Assembly: GCA_002189035.1 (NCBI GenBank) | Contig: NEEC01000015.1 | Span: 1,674,001 to 1,738,000 of the forward strand | Length of the DNA stretch: 64,000 nt | Direction of reading: 5' to 3' | Source: Utricularia gibba | Lineage: Eukaryota > Plantae > Magnoliophyta | Shown here: in pieces, positions 20,333-32,535 of the stretch | Layout: the number at the start of each line of letters is the position of its first letter | Numbering within the stretch: the first letter of the stretch is position 1 | Made by a program: the position numbers and the translations under genes | Notes under the pieces: model-generated | Database searches by the model: none | What the model saw: the letters and a program-made list of their open reading frames with translations, nothing else | What the model was told of the DNA's origin: nothing

Positions 20333-22454
20333 ATGCCTGCTTCTAGAATTCTACTCCAAAAATCCAGATTTCATGTCCCCAAGTTTTTTTCTGGCTGCTT
20401 CTCCCGCTTCTTGGCCAATCTTGATGTTGACTTCCGTGCAAGAAGATCAATTTCGTCATCGTCCACCGATTTGGGATCTCCCCATGTCCCTAATATTTCC
20501 ACAGTCGGGTCGCCTGAAAGCTCGTTGCCCATTGATGCTGGGTCCTCAATGCGGAAACCGATCAGTTTATGGCCGGGTATGTACCATTCTCCTGTGACTA
20601 ATGCGTTATGGGAAGCGAGGTCAAGGATTTTTGCGAAGGAATCGAGTGAGGATGAAACGGAAATCTTGATATCTAGAACTCCTTCAAGCAGCAGGACAAG
20701 TATTGAATACAGATTCTCTGAAGATTATATTCTCAGAGAGCAGTACAGAAACCCATGGAATGAGATTAGGATGGGAAAATTGCTCGAAGATCTTGATGCT
20801 CTGGCTGGAACTATATCCTTCAAGGTGGATCCCCGATATCCTTTTCTTTCCTTGGTTTGCTGAATAGTGTTTAGATGGTGGAATTTGATTGTTTGAATTA
20901 AAGAAATGGTTCTAGATCTTTCAATGAATTTGTCTCCTATTTCTGCTGCCAACACATGCTTTTGATCTCATTTTTTGGACCTGCAGACAATGTATTTTCA
21001 TGGGTTGATTCACATGTATTCATCTTTCCTGTGTTGCACAGCATTGCTCAACGAGGTCCTTGATGTTAGTTACAGCTTCAGTGGACAAGATGGTCCTAAG
21101 GAGACCTATTATTGTCGAATCTGATGTGACGATTTCTGGGGCTGTCACTTGGGTTGGAAGATCATCCATGGAAATTCAACTCGAAGTCACCCAATCATCC
21201 CAAGGTATTTTTCTTTCCCTAATGTTTCCCTTGTCATATGTTGTCTAGCACTAAGTTACTTCAATGCCATAGTTATTATCGATGGCTGGCTTCACCTAGT
21301 TGTTTAGGATATAATTTGAAATATCAAGTGGAGATTTTGGGATAAGAATGAGGTTCCATAATATGCTGTATCCGAGTGTCTACTCTTGCTGCTCATTGAC
21401 ACTTCCAAGCTTCTAGCTCACTCTTCGAGACTGTGCCTTGTTTTTATGGAAATGGAAGGTAGTTGTAACAAGCTGTTTTTTTTTCTGTGCAGTTGCTCTT
21501 ACAGCGAACTTCACATTTGTTGCCCGCGATATGAAAACCGGAAAATCTGCTGCAATTAATCCAATATCTACGGAAACAGAGACAGAAAAACTGCTATGGA
21601 GTGAAGCAGAAGAAAGGAACAAGTTGAGGAAGAAGTTGAGAGGGGAGAAAAAAAGAGAAATAAATGAAGTAGAAACAAAGAGGTTGAATGAACTGCTTTC
21701 AGAAGGGAGAGTATTTTGCGATATGCCAACCTTAGCAAACCGTGATAGCATTCTTATCCAGAATACTTGTCTCCAGAATTTTCTTATTTGTCAACCACAA
21801 CAAAGAAATATCCATGGACGAATCTTCGGAGGATTCTTGATGCGTAGAGCTTTTGAGTTGGCATATGCTACGGCTTATTCCTTTTCTGGGAATGCACCTC
21901 GCTTTGTCGAAGTTGATCACGTTGACTTCCTCAAACCTGTAAGCCTTTCTAGCTTAAAGGTCTCTCCTTTATGCTTGTGTATGGTTGGAATTTTTGTAAA
22001 TTTACAAACACTCTTGATGTAGAATATATATCATCCGAGTTACTCAATTTGCGGTCAATGCTGAAGAAGGTGGTCATGTTGTCTATGCAATGCAGGTAGA
22101 TGTTGGAAACTTCCTCCGTTTCAATTCCGTGGTGTTGTACGTGGAAAATGATAACCCATCTCAGCCGCTAATCAATGTCGAAGTCATAGCTCATGTTATG
22201 AAGCCTGAGCTCCGATCTAGCGAGGTTTCTGTTCACTCTTTTATGTTATGTTTATTGATGAAGCACATACATAATATTTCATGCATTTTTACAATGCCTC
22301 GTTGCAGGTGTCCAACAAGTTCTACTTTACATTTACCGTCCATTTGGATGCACTGAAAGATGGGCTCACTCTGAGAAATGTTGTTCCCGCAACAGAGGAA
22401 GAAGCAAGACGTGTTATTGAAAGAATGGATGCTGAGAAATCTGAAGGCAGATAA
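20333..22454 (+). CDS. Acyl-CoA thioesterase (double hotdog fold, ACOT9-like), probably mitochondrial
   Basis: HSPVTNALWEAR, YRNPWNEIRMGKLLEDLDALAGTI, LVTASVDK, QQRNIHGRIFGGFLMRRAFELAY, VDHVDFLKP|VDVG. Five exons join in frame. Confidence 0.92.
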
Positions 22455-22513
22455 TAACTAATACTGCCTTGCTTGGATAGATACGAGGGACGTACAACAG
22501 AACAATTGGTCAT

Positions 22514-24939
22514 CTAAAACTTCGTGTCACCAGCAAAACTGTGGGAAAGAGGACGTGAGAAGTTCACTGTCCTTTGGTAGTTCATCTTGCCGACATCCTT
22601 GCAAACATCATCGAGAATAGAGAGAAAATCTGCTACGATGATGAATATAGAAACGGGATATTCTTCGTCCTTGTCACCATAGAAGTAGTCCTCCACCTCC
22701 TTCATCATACACAGGGCCTTTATTTCTTGAGCTTGAATGATTTGGACCTGTACTCTGGCTTTGATCATTGACTTTTTCATATTCTCTGAGAAGTTGGCAC
22801 TGATGCTAAACCTTAGAACATCATTGATCTTGTTGATTCCAGCAGCTAACTTAGCGACTTCACTGCGAAGGGCATCTAAATTCAAAGCTGCAGCTTTTTT
22901 CACATTGTTGAGTTCTCCAATCAGGCCATAAACATCCTGAAGGTCAACCTTTCTCTGATGATCACAGAGTCTCAAGTTATCTGGAGCTTCCTCGGCATTG
23001 GAATTATCCGGTGATTGAGGTCCCTCAATGCTGATCATATCTTGAACAACCAAATGGAGAAGGGTTGTTTTCCCATCACCACACTTTACACGCACCAGTT
23101 TCACAAGTGACCTGAGCTTTAGCCCTTCACCATCACCTTGTCGAATGCCAATCCTCATTCGACTTCCTGCTTCCAGAACTGCTTCAACAAGTTTCAGGAA
23201 CATCCTACTCCCTTGAGCTCTTCACAAGCAGACTGAGATAAACATTCAAGGAACAGAGACAGCAGTTCAGTTCAAGTGGTGCCATGACACTATAAGAACA
23301 TTGCAGCTAGACTGGTAAGTGATAACTGACCTGAAGCGTTGCAAATGATCTCTTGATGTGATCTGCTTCAGAGTCAAAAGAGGCAATGTAAAGCATGGCG
23401 TTTAACCTTTTGTACACAAAAGGCATATGCATATGATTCTGCAGGAATTCTCCTTGATCCTCTTTTGCCATCTTCAATAATGTGCCTAGAAGCTCCTTGC
23501 CGAGCAACTCCGCGTTCCCTTGGTATTAATGAAATGATTCCAAGTAAGCTTGGCTGAGCGCTACAGATCTCATATCTTTTTATGTTGATGAAAATGTTAC
23601 CTTGAGCAAAAGCTTCACAGAGCTGTTCCATGGTCAGATTATAAGCTTGCAGCAGGATTGAGAAGTTGCGGCTCCTTTCAGGGACTACATTGCTACTGAA
23701 GGAATCCTTTGTATTTCGTGTAGGCATGTTCTCATATCCCCTGGAAGCAAACAGGGGGTGAAAAAGGAGCTGAAAATCAAAGAATAAAAGGCAGAGAATC
23801 TTACTGAATCCACGCCATTTCTTGCTTTTCCCAATGCAAAGGCGGCTTAGAAGACCTGGGAGGTCTAGTCTTTTCGAACTGCGGTAATGGAGGAGCCGCT
23901 TTCAGGAATCTCGATGGAGGCTGCGGCGCTTTTCCCGTAACGGCAGACCACTCACGGGTGCCAACGGCGCTGTCTCCTGACAACCAAGAGAATGGAGGAT
24001 CTCTTGCTGGTTGGGTGAGGCGTGAAAATGGGGGTGAAAAACTCCCGGAAGTTTGATCAGGTGAAATTGAGTATGCTAGTGAGTTCCAACTCAGCGAGTT
24101 CAAGCTTCTGCTTTTCGAGAAATCGTCTCCGAGTTGGCTCGTCTTGAAAGAATGGAGCGGCAGCGATACGTCGGCGCTGTGCGTAGAGGGAGTTGCCGAT
24201 AAGCACTCTTCCTTTTCGTCATTAGCGCCACTTCTTCCGGCATAATCAGTGTTCAAAGACCGTGGAAGCGGAGGAAGAGGTTGGAGGTCCGGCGAGCCGA
24301 TATCCTGAGCAGAGGCGGCGGAATGATGCTCAGCTCCCCCCGTGAGTTGATGAGTGTGCCCAGGTATAGGAACTCAGAGGACGTGGCAGAGGCCTTTGTG
24401 ACGCAAGGAATGCACGGCGGAGATTGTTCCTTGGCATAATCAGCTGCATTGGAAGGAAATTGATGTAGGACATCGCCTTTGTCCCGATGATGCCGGCGGA
24501 GGAGCACAACCAGAAGGAAGAGCGCCATGATAGAAAAGAGGGGAACGCAGACAATTAGCGGAAGGGTCTTAACACGCGGCGGTGTGCTTTTGGAATGAGC
24601 AGACGAAGGAGAGGTGAGGGAAGAGACATTGGCCGGAAAAGAGGCAGAGGCTGGCGACGAAGGAGGAGGTCCATACCGGAACAACGGGAAGAAGGGAAGT
24701 TGGGCGGAGGCCGCGGGAGGTGGGAGGGCGGAGAAAGGTATCTCCGTTTGCGGTAGAGGGGGTGGAGAGGGGAAAGGAGGCTGAACAACGGCGTCACCAG
24801 CAGCAGTCGGCGGCGGGTGCTCTTCAAGAGGGAAAAAGGGGTGGTGTAAAAGACGCCGGGGAGTGCAGTGCAGCGGTGCGGCTCCGGCCAGGCGGAGGAA
24901 GAAGAGTGCGAAAATGGCGGTAAGGTAGACGAAGTGCAT
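22514..24939 (-). CDS. Class I formin (signal peptide, TM helix, reduced FH1, diverged FH2); one apparent -1 frameshift at 24336-24341
   Basis: RRLLHHPFFP after a signal peptide, TM segment, SSEFLYLGT, GSPDLQPLPPL (shifted frame), LHWEK, NFSILL, ACEELKGSRMFLKLVEAVL, GKTTLLHLVV. Three GT-AG introns keep the frame. Confidence 0.88.
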
Positions 24940-25329
24940 CTCGATTCTTGACAAGAAGGTGTCCAGTTTGCAGTGACAAGATTCTGAGTTGAATGTTGTT
25001 GTGTTGTTTCGCTTTCACGGGCAAAAATCCCCAACGCAGTACGCAAAAATAATATTCTCTCCGAGGACCCAATTCACAAATCACATGTCAATAGTAGCTC
25101 CATGACACACCGCAGCCATCAGAATGCAGCACCCCATGATTTATAAAACGTGTATAAAAAAAATTGAACCATTTAGATTTAATTATTTTTATATTGATAT
25201 GTGTAAGATATATTGAAAGTGAGAATTTGTAAATAATTGAATTCCCTCTACTTTTTAAATATATATCAATTTTTTTCTAAAACTATCCATTTATTAAAAC
25301 AAATAATACTACATTATAATTTAAAATTA

Positions 25330-25720
25330 AAATAATCGATCATATAAAAAAGTGACATATTATTAATAATCAGCTAATCTAATCTTTTATAATGCGATAT
25401 ATTTTATTTATTTATTTCAACTTCGTAAGTAATCGTTCAAACATATTACGTTAAATAGATACATTAGATTTAGGTGATAAAAAATAGATTAAACTATGAT
25501 CCAAATACTAATTATACTTACAAAAAAGAAATCTTAACTGAATTAAAGATAAATTCAAGGATTGGAATTAAAAAAATATTTAATTATACTAAATTTAAAA
25601 TTGAAATAATAAAATATAAAATAAATTTAAATTTTTTTAATGTGATTTACATATTTTTTTGTAATTGAATTTTATACGTATTTACTCTATACATCAAACT
25701 CTTAATTTCAAAATCACTTG
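25330..25720. repeat. AT-rich dispersed repeat (non-autonomous TE-like); related copies near 29600-29740 and 33435-33575
   Basis: Shared blocks ATAAAAAA..TAATAATCA..TAATCTTTT and GTGAT(C/T)TACAT..TAATTG..CATC(A/G)AA..AATTTCAA seen by eye in three places. Confidence 0.55.
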
Positions 25721-25910
25721 GTGCTGATAATATTTTTATTTAATACTGTTGTAGTGCACGAAAATTTTAGTGAAGAATTATGGAGTTCTGTTTGCCATAA
25801 GAAAGCGATGGAGTTGGACATCCGCGCGACCACCAGATGGTCTTTGGGAACACTTGTTCATCACCCACAATTCAACACTCCCACCCTGAGTGCCTCCTCC
25901 CTATTCCTCC

Positions 25911-27441
25911 TCAGGCGACGGCGACCACCGGGCGTATGATTCCGACGGCAGCCCGTTTCAAAATGGTGCAATTGAAAATCTGGATGGAAGGTGCAACCAT
26001 GATCTTCTCGATGAGATTGTACGCCTCCTGGGTGAAGTGCTGCCCGTCCCAAAACAGATACTGTTTTGGGTCCTTGCAAACAGTGGCTTTGCTATGTCCA
26101 CATTCACTGCTTTGGTTGAAGTTGTACGGTCCTCCACCTCCGCAGCATGATCTAAGCCTCACCGGTCCGTTTGGAGCTAAACAAAACAAATATCAATGAA
26201 ACCCATTCATTCACAGGTTGGCTTCAAGAAATTGCATCCACCTACCGACGTACTGCTGCAGGTATGCTCGGAAGCCTGCAGAAAATGGGCTGTACAGCAG
26301 CAGGGTATCAGGGAACTCGGCGTGAAGAGCCTGAATCGATTCGTTGAGTTGAGAGTTTTTCCAGTCAATGAAATCATTCACCTTCTTCAGGCACCCGAAT
26401 TTGTCGTAATCATCTGGGTTTTTGCTCTGTAACGCAGTCAGGATATATGGGTAGCATCCAATGTGTGAATTCCCCGGAATCACGAACGTCTTCGCGCCCA
26501 TCAGGATCAGCTCCTATTAACGACGACACGACGGTTGAAGTAGCAGTTTCTGCAAGAAAAACTCCTAGTACCAGATGTACAGTACTCACCCTTGCTACGC
26601 TGAGCTGAGCCTCGATGATGTGGGGCACGTAGGTTCGGATTTCATCAAACGATTTACCGGCGACCAATGAGTAACCAACGTCGTTGCCCTCTATGTCCCC
26701 GAAGAAGACAATGGATTTTCGGAGCCTTTCGCTTCGCTCTGGTAGAGCAAAGTAGGAGATCAGCAGGGGAGTAAGAACTGAGCAACATTCAATTGAATCA
26801 TACCTTTCGGCGTCCGGGTGACTTCATTGAGATACTGTTTGAGCCAACGAGCTTGTTCTTTGAAGGGGACGGCGTGAGGGGGATGCTGATGCATCTCTTC
26901 TGGTAAAACTCGTGGTCGAGGACGGGGCTTCTTGCAACAGAGAAGATGACGGCTTTGCTGTCGGAAGTAGTGTTTCCGGACAAGTATGGAGTCAGAATCG
27001 GGAAGCTGGTGTCGGCAGCTGTACAGCACAACCAAATTTGCATCATTCTAAAGGTTCCATGTATAGATAAATAGTAGTACTAGGAATACTTCCAAACACA
27101 CCTTTCTATTTATCACAAAAATATCAACAATAAATCCAACCATTATTTCATTTTGCTTAAAATGGGGTACCTACCGGCGTAGTCAAAGTCGATGAGTCCG
27201 TCGCTCCATCGGCCGGTAGGGTAACCAGGGTAAGTGACGCCGTAGGGGAGCTTGGCGGCGGGGAGCTTGGGGCCCCATGGGCGAATCAGGATGGAGTTGC
27301 CGACATCGGTGACGCCATCCCCAAGTGGAAGACGTACTCATTCGGGCACTTGGCCATCTGCGCGGAAGCGGGGGCAAAAGCCATGAATGAGAAGACGAAG
27401 ATGACCCCCATCATCGCCGCGGAGAAGCTCGGAGAATCCAT
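25911..27441 (-). CDS. Secreted GDSL esterase/lipase-family protein with GDG in place of GDS; 5 exons; two apparent homopolymer frameshifts
   Basis: Signal peptide, FHLGDGVTDVGN, YPTGRWSDG, GDIEGND, CCGGGGPYNF, YLFWDGQHFTQEAY. One extra G at 27319-22 and one extra C at 26878-82 restore a full ORF. Confidence 0.9.
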
Positions 27442-28442
27442 TTTCCGTTGTGTGGATCGAGAACCACCGCCGCGGGTGGATAATTTATAACGGATAGAGT
27501 TCTTCTCCTCCCACCAAACCCCCTCCCACGTTGAGCTCACCTAACCCCACGACCATGGCAGCCCGCTTGCATTGAATACGCATCGCCGTCGTGAGTCAAT
27601 TATTGATGCTTGCAAAATTCAAAACAAAACAAAAATAACAATAATATGCTCCTATCTTCATATTTAAATTAAGAATACTATGAATCACACTATAACATCT
27701 AAACTACAAGAATAAATTATATTTAATAAAAATTGGATATAATTAGTAGTAATTTATAATTTTTTATACACTTGATTAATACTGATTGAGATTATTTGAA
27801 AAAAATCAGTATACATACATCAAAAAAATCACAATCGGCAATTGCCACTCACGAGGCATATTTGTGACAAAACCCATTTATTTTTTGAATTGGAACGCAG
27901 CAGAATCTTATGGATATTTTTTCCATATAATAATGGAAAAAATATGGACTCGACCATGCACGATGGCTCCTAAAAAGGCCACGTTGGTGGTATTTTAAAA
28001 TATGGTGCACGTTGCAACTCAGTTTTCTATCTTTGAAACGTCATTAACTGATGTGAAGAATATAAATCTCACTCCCAAATGCCAAATGCTGCGGTCAAAA
28101 ATGGATAATGGGTTCAATGTTTGTCGATTGGACTGACAAAGAACACATGCAAAAATCATCCATGCAGGTAGCAGACCATATTCTTCACAAATACTCTAAT
28201 TATTCAGATTCATTCGCATTCCATAGTAAGTGTTTACATTGAATTTCATGCAAATATATAAAAAAATAAAGAAATATATTAGATTTAGACGATCAAAAAT
28301 TAGATATTTTTAAATTCTAAATACTAAATATTGAATTTTTAATGCTCATTCCAGAGTTATGTTGGATTGAATAAGTTAACATAAATAAGGTGCCAAGCAC
28401 TTGGTTCAAAGGGAATGACTATTTGTTGTACTACTTCCATGG

Positions 28443-28918
28443 CTAATATGGGCGTTGACCGATGTAGTTGCCCGGAGGATCGTAGTTGCAGGAGACGAAC
28501 CACCACCCGTTCCTGCACTGCGCTCGATGGCACCCCAGCCGCACGGAGCTCCGCCACACCACCTGCGTGTAATGGCGGCACTCTCCAACCACGCATGCGT
28601 TCCGGGTATAATTGTAGTATTTCTTTTCACTCACCCACAGGTTCACGGCTGCGACACCGGTGAAGCCACCTGAGCCGGCCGCCAGGTTCTCATCGTATGG
28701 CCTATTGGTAGAGTGAGCGAGTCTGCAATCCCCGAGCCTGGAGTTGACATAGTTGCGGGCGAATGCCGCAACGGTGTCGTCCCACACCATTGGCCCGACG
28801 CCGACCTGAGCCCGGGCGGCGTTGTGGGCTGCCAGGTAGTCTCCGGGGCTGTGCATGCCACAGCCAGCACCATCAGAAGAAGAAGAGGCAGGGAGAGGGT
28901 GAACTTGTGCATCTCCAT
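28443..28918 (-). CDS. PR1: Pathogenesis-related protein 1 (CAP superfamily), copy A; apparent -1 frameshift at 28845-28848
   Basis: Signal peptide [24 protein letters not shown], then in a shifted frame [28 protein letters not shown] and [15 protein letters not shown] (CAPE peptide). Confidence 0.93.
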
Positions 28919-30889
28919 TGATTGTTTTCATGGTTTTTTTCTGGATATTTATTGACGAAGCACGCACAGTGGAAAGTACATGAAAGCATACTCCGTCAAT
29001 TGGAGCTCGGTGTGTTGCATTTGTATCTGAAGCCTCGTTCGTTGAAAAAAGAATAAAAATAAATAAATAATACTTGCCTGAATTGTTCCGAAAGATTTTA
29101 AAATGCAAGAGTCGTCGTCCAACATATATTCAATAAAAAAAAACAACACACAGACGCTCCTTCACGTCACAATGATCTCTTTACACACGAAATCAGACAA
29201 CCTGTGATGAGTGATGGATCTTAACCTAAAACACGTATCAAGTAACTACTCGTCGATATTCAACAAGAATGTTCCTAAAAAACTGTTCATTTTACAAGGA
29301 GAGGAGCAATAAATAAACTGATATCGAATAAAGAATGTGAAACGTCACAGTGTTTGATTTAAGATATTCCATTTGAATATGAGATAGTCAAACATATCCT
29401 ACCATCGAGTTCCCCAAACGGGCGATTTTAGTGACTGGGTCGGGTCACATGGGCGTGCTGATGCCACTGGTAAGAACGCTTTTGTAAAGACAGCCTGAAC
29501 GACGAGAACCATGGTGTCCAACTTTGGTACCTTGTAGGTATAACCATGGATTGATTCTCCATGCTTTCTATTGATACGATCAAAATTGATGTTAGAATAG
29601 ACAATATTACATCATAAATAAAAAATTATAAATCATTAATAATCAATTGGATATAATCTTTTTTATTGATATTCACGTTTCTTAAATAATTGAGTTTTAC
29701 GTATAGTCGTTTGACACATCAAATACTGAATTTAAATAAGCTGGAGAATGATGAAACCTGAACTGTAAAATTTCAGAAAAACGATATGGAGATCAGAATT
29801 CTATTCTGTAGAGAACACAACAACATTGAACTTGAGAGGCGGGTGTTGACGTTGATCCCGCACAGTATTTCTAGAAAGGAAGAAGAACGATCATTGTGTT
29901 TCTCAAAGGTGAGATGCGTAGAACACTAAAAGCCTGCTGGGTGTTTCTTCTTCATGACAACCTTTGCTTCTAAGTTCAAACTCAAATTTTTTTATTACAT
30001 TATTTCTCTTTTAGGATTTTTTTGTTAGAATGATTTAAATCGTTCGATGTTAAATAAAAAGAAGATTAATTTATATAAAAATAAATAATTTCTTAAAAAA
30101 CATAAAGTGTGTTTTGTATAAAATGTTACATAAAAAATGATTATTTATCGTGTGTTTAACATAAAGTTTTATAATGAGATTTATATAAAATATTATTAAA
30201 ATGTACATAATATATAATTGAAAAAAAACTTTTAAAAACTCACAATAAAGTACATAATATTGTACTTTATCATCATGATATTAACTAAACTCACAATAAA
30301 TATGAGTTTGTATTTTATTATGAATGTAGGTATGAATAAAAAAAAATTCATTGAATATCTAATTCTTAATATTAAATATCAATATTATTAAATATGTGAT
30401 ATTTAAATGTAATGAAATTTCATTAAAGGAAAATCACAACCATTGCCCACAAAAAGGCCATGAAATATTTAAAATAAAAGGCTTCCTTTTCTTAGAGATC
30501 TCTTAATAATAGTTCATATTTTTTAAAATTATTATAAAAATAAATTTATTATCTATTATAATTGATTTGTAATTCATAAATATAAAAAATCTAGAATCAA
30601 TTTTTCTTTTTATGAGGTGTTATAGAACTAATTTTAGTTTTATTAAAATAGTTTTTCAAAAAAATTATTAGGAAAAATTAGGGTATAATTCAGATAAATA
30701 AAAAAAATGTGAAAATATAGTTGTTTAATTTACATGTAATGATCATGAAAATTGAAAACACCCGAAACACCCATCACAAACAATCATTTATGATGCCACT
30801 TAACTGGCAAATCAAACCGATAATGCCGGGAAGGAAGCTTCCACGGCCATGGGCTCATCGAAGGTGAAAGACACCGGCAATGGAGGCGG

Positions 30890-31435
30890 TCAGCATTCAT
30901 AGAGCTTGACATCCACACGAAGCCTGAAGTAGACGTCGTCCTCGAATGCGTCGGTCATGAGAGTGGCAACTCCCCGGGCCATCAAGAAATCACCGGCTCC
31001 TCCGATCACCACGATGTCCCTCGTCTTCTCTGTCAACGGATCGTGACCCGCGAGGACGAGGGTTCCACGGTGTTGGGTAGTGTTGAGCGCGAAAGAAAAC
31101 CCTAAAAACGCCGTGAACGCGGTGATCCCATCGTACATATAGAGCCCTCGCGCCCGCCCCACCGGAGGCGAATGAAGACTCCTGTCTAGTGTGATGGGAT
31201 CGTCGAAAACGACGAGGTCCCCGAAATGGCCGCGCTTGGTGAGGGTCGTTCTGTCCGCCCACGCCGGGGCACCCACAATGGCTGCCGTCGCGTTCCGGAG
31301 ATTGTGGCCGTTGTAGATGATGTCGTGGAAATAGAAGACCATCTCCTTGCAGGGGATGCGCGGGTGCACTGAAGTGGCACAGACGAGCATGGAGAGGAAG
31401 AAGGCGGTGGTAATCGGAGTTGTTGCCAGCGCCAT
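30890..31435 (-). CDS. DIR: Dirigent protein, DIR-a (pinoresinol-forming) subfamily-like, single exon
   Basis: Signal peptide, CKEMVFYFHDIIYNG, FGDLVVFDDPITLD, SPPVGRA, TRDIVVIGGAGDFLMARG, YFRLRVDVKLYEC. Confidence 0.95.
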   Translation of the reverse strand: MALATTPITTAFFLSMLVCATSVHPRIPCKEMVFYFHDIIYNGHNLRNATAAIVGAPAWADRTTLTKRGHFGDLVVFDDPITLDRSLHSPPVGRARGLYMYDGITAFTAFLGFSFALNTTQHRGTLVLAGHDPLTEKTRDIVVIGGAGDFLMARGVATLMTDAFEDDVYFRLRVDVKLYEC

Positions 31436-32535
31436 TGTCTTGTGTGTGTGGTAGTGTAGTTGCATATGCTTGTGACCACAGGTATTTGTGGTGAGTGAGA
31501 GGGTAAAGGATGGGAAGAAGCACGCAATGAAAGGAGTGCGGAAGGCTCAATCTTAGGAGGAATGGGTGAGTGGGGTTAGGGGATATTAATGTAAACAGGG
31601 GATGAGTATGGGATACAGTATGAGGATGGACCCAATCATCAATGAGAAGGGAGGCACGATGGACTTCAACCGATGGTAATACCGACAGCCGTTGTAACTA
31701 ATAAATACACGATACAAAGATTCCGGAGAAAATTTGTTAGCAGAATTTGTCAAAAGATATGGAAAACATTCACTATCAAAAACAAGAAGATGATCAAAAG
31801 TGGGAGGTTTTAGGATAAAGCATTTCAAAATAAGTGGCATTTTGCAAAATATGGATGGGAACACAATTTGAGATATAAACAGCAGTATGTAAGGACATCA
31901 ACCCAAATAAAGAGAGTGAATATGAAAAAGCATGATCATTCAAATCTCATGAATAATACAATGATGACGTTCAACTACACCATTTTGTTTAGATGTATGA
32001 GGACATGAAATGCCGTGTTTTGCAAAATGGGCACCTAAGCAAGTATTAACAAATTAACCATTACCATTGGATTGAAAAACTTGAATTTGTTATTGAAATT
32101 GACAATGCACATAATTTTCAAAATCAAAATAGATATTAGAAAAATCACTTTTATGGCATAAAGGAAAAAATCAAACAAATTTGCTCAAATCATGGACAAA
32201 ATAAGTATAATATTTAAATTTATGAAAATACAAAACCAGTGTAACATCCCATAAATCGCAGTGAATTTTCTGCAAGAGCCAATGAATAGAGGTTTCACAA
32301 GGTAAAAAGGGGAGTTTGCTTAGTTTGCCTAGTTGACAACTACTTCAAAATTTATGTGTGCAAGAGTCAGAAATGCAAATTAAATTTTTTTTATGTAAAT
32401 GAAAAATAACAACAATATGAGAATTCCCTAATCGCTGATGTCATAACTCAACAGATGCTTTATTAAAACAAGTAGCAAGGTAACACTTAGGAAAGTAAGA
32501 CATAACATAGATGTCGCCCCTTGGTGTCCCATTGA

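Noticed and set aside
32240-32262. TGTAACATCCC as a possible LTR start
   Set aside because: No second copy, PBS or PPT was identified.
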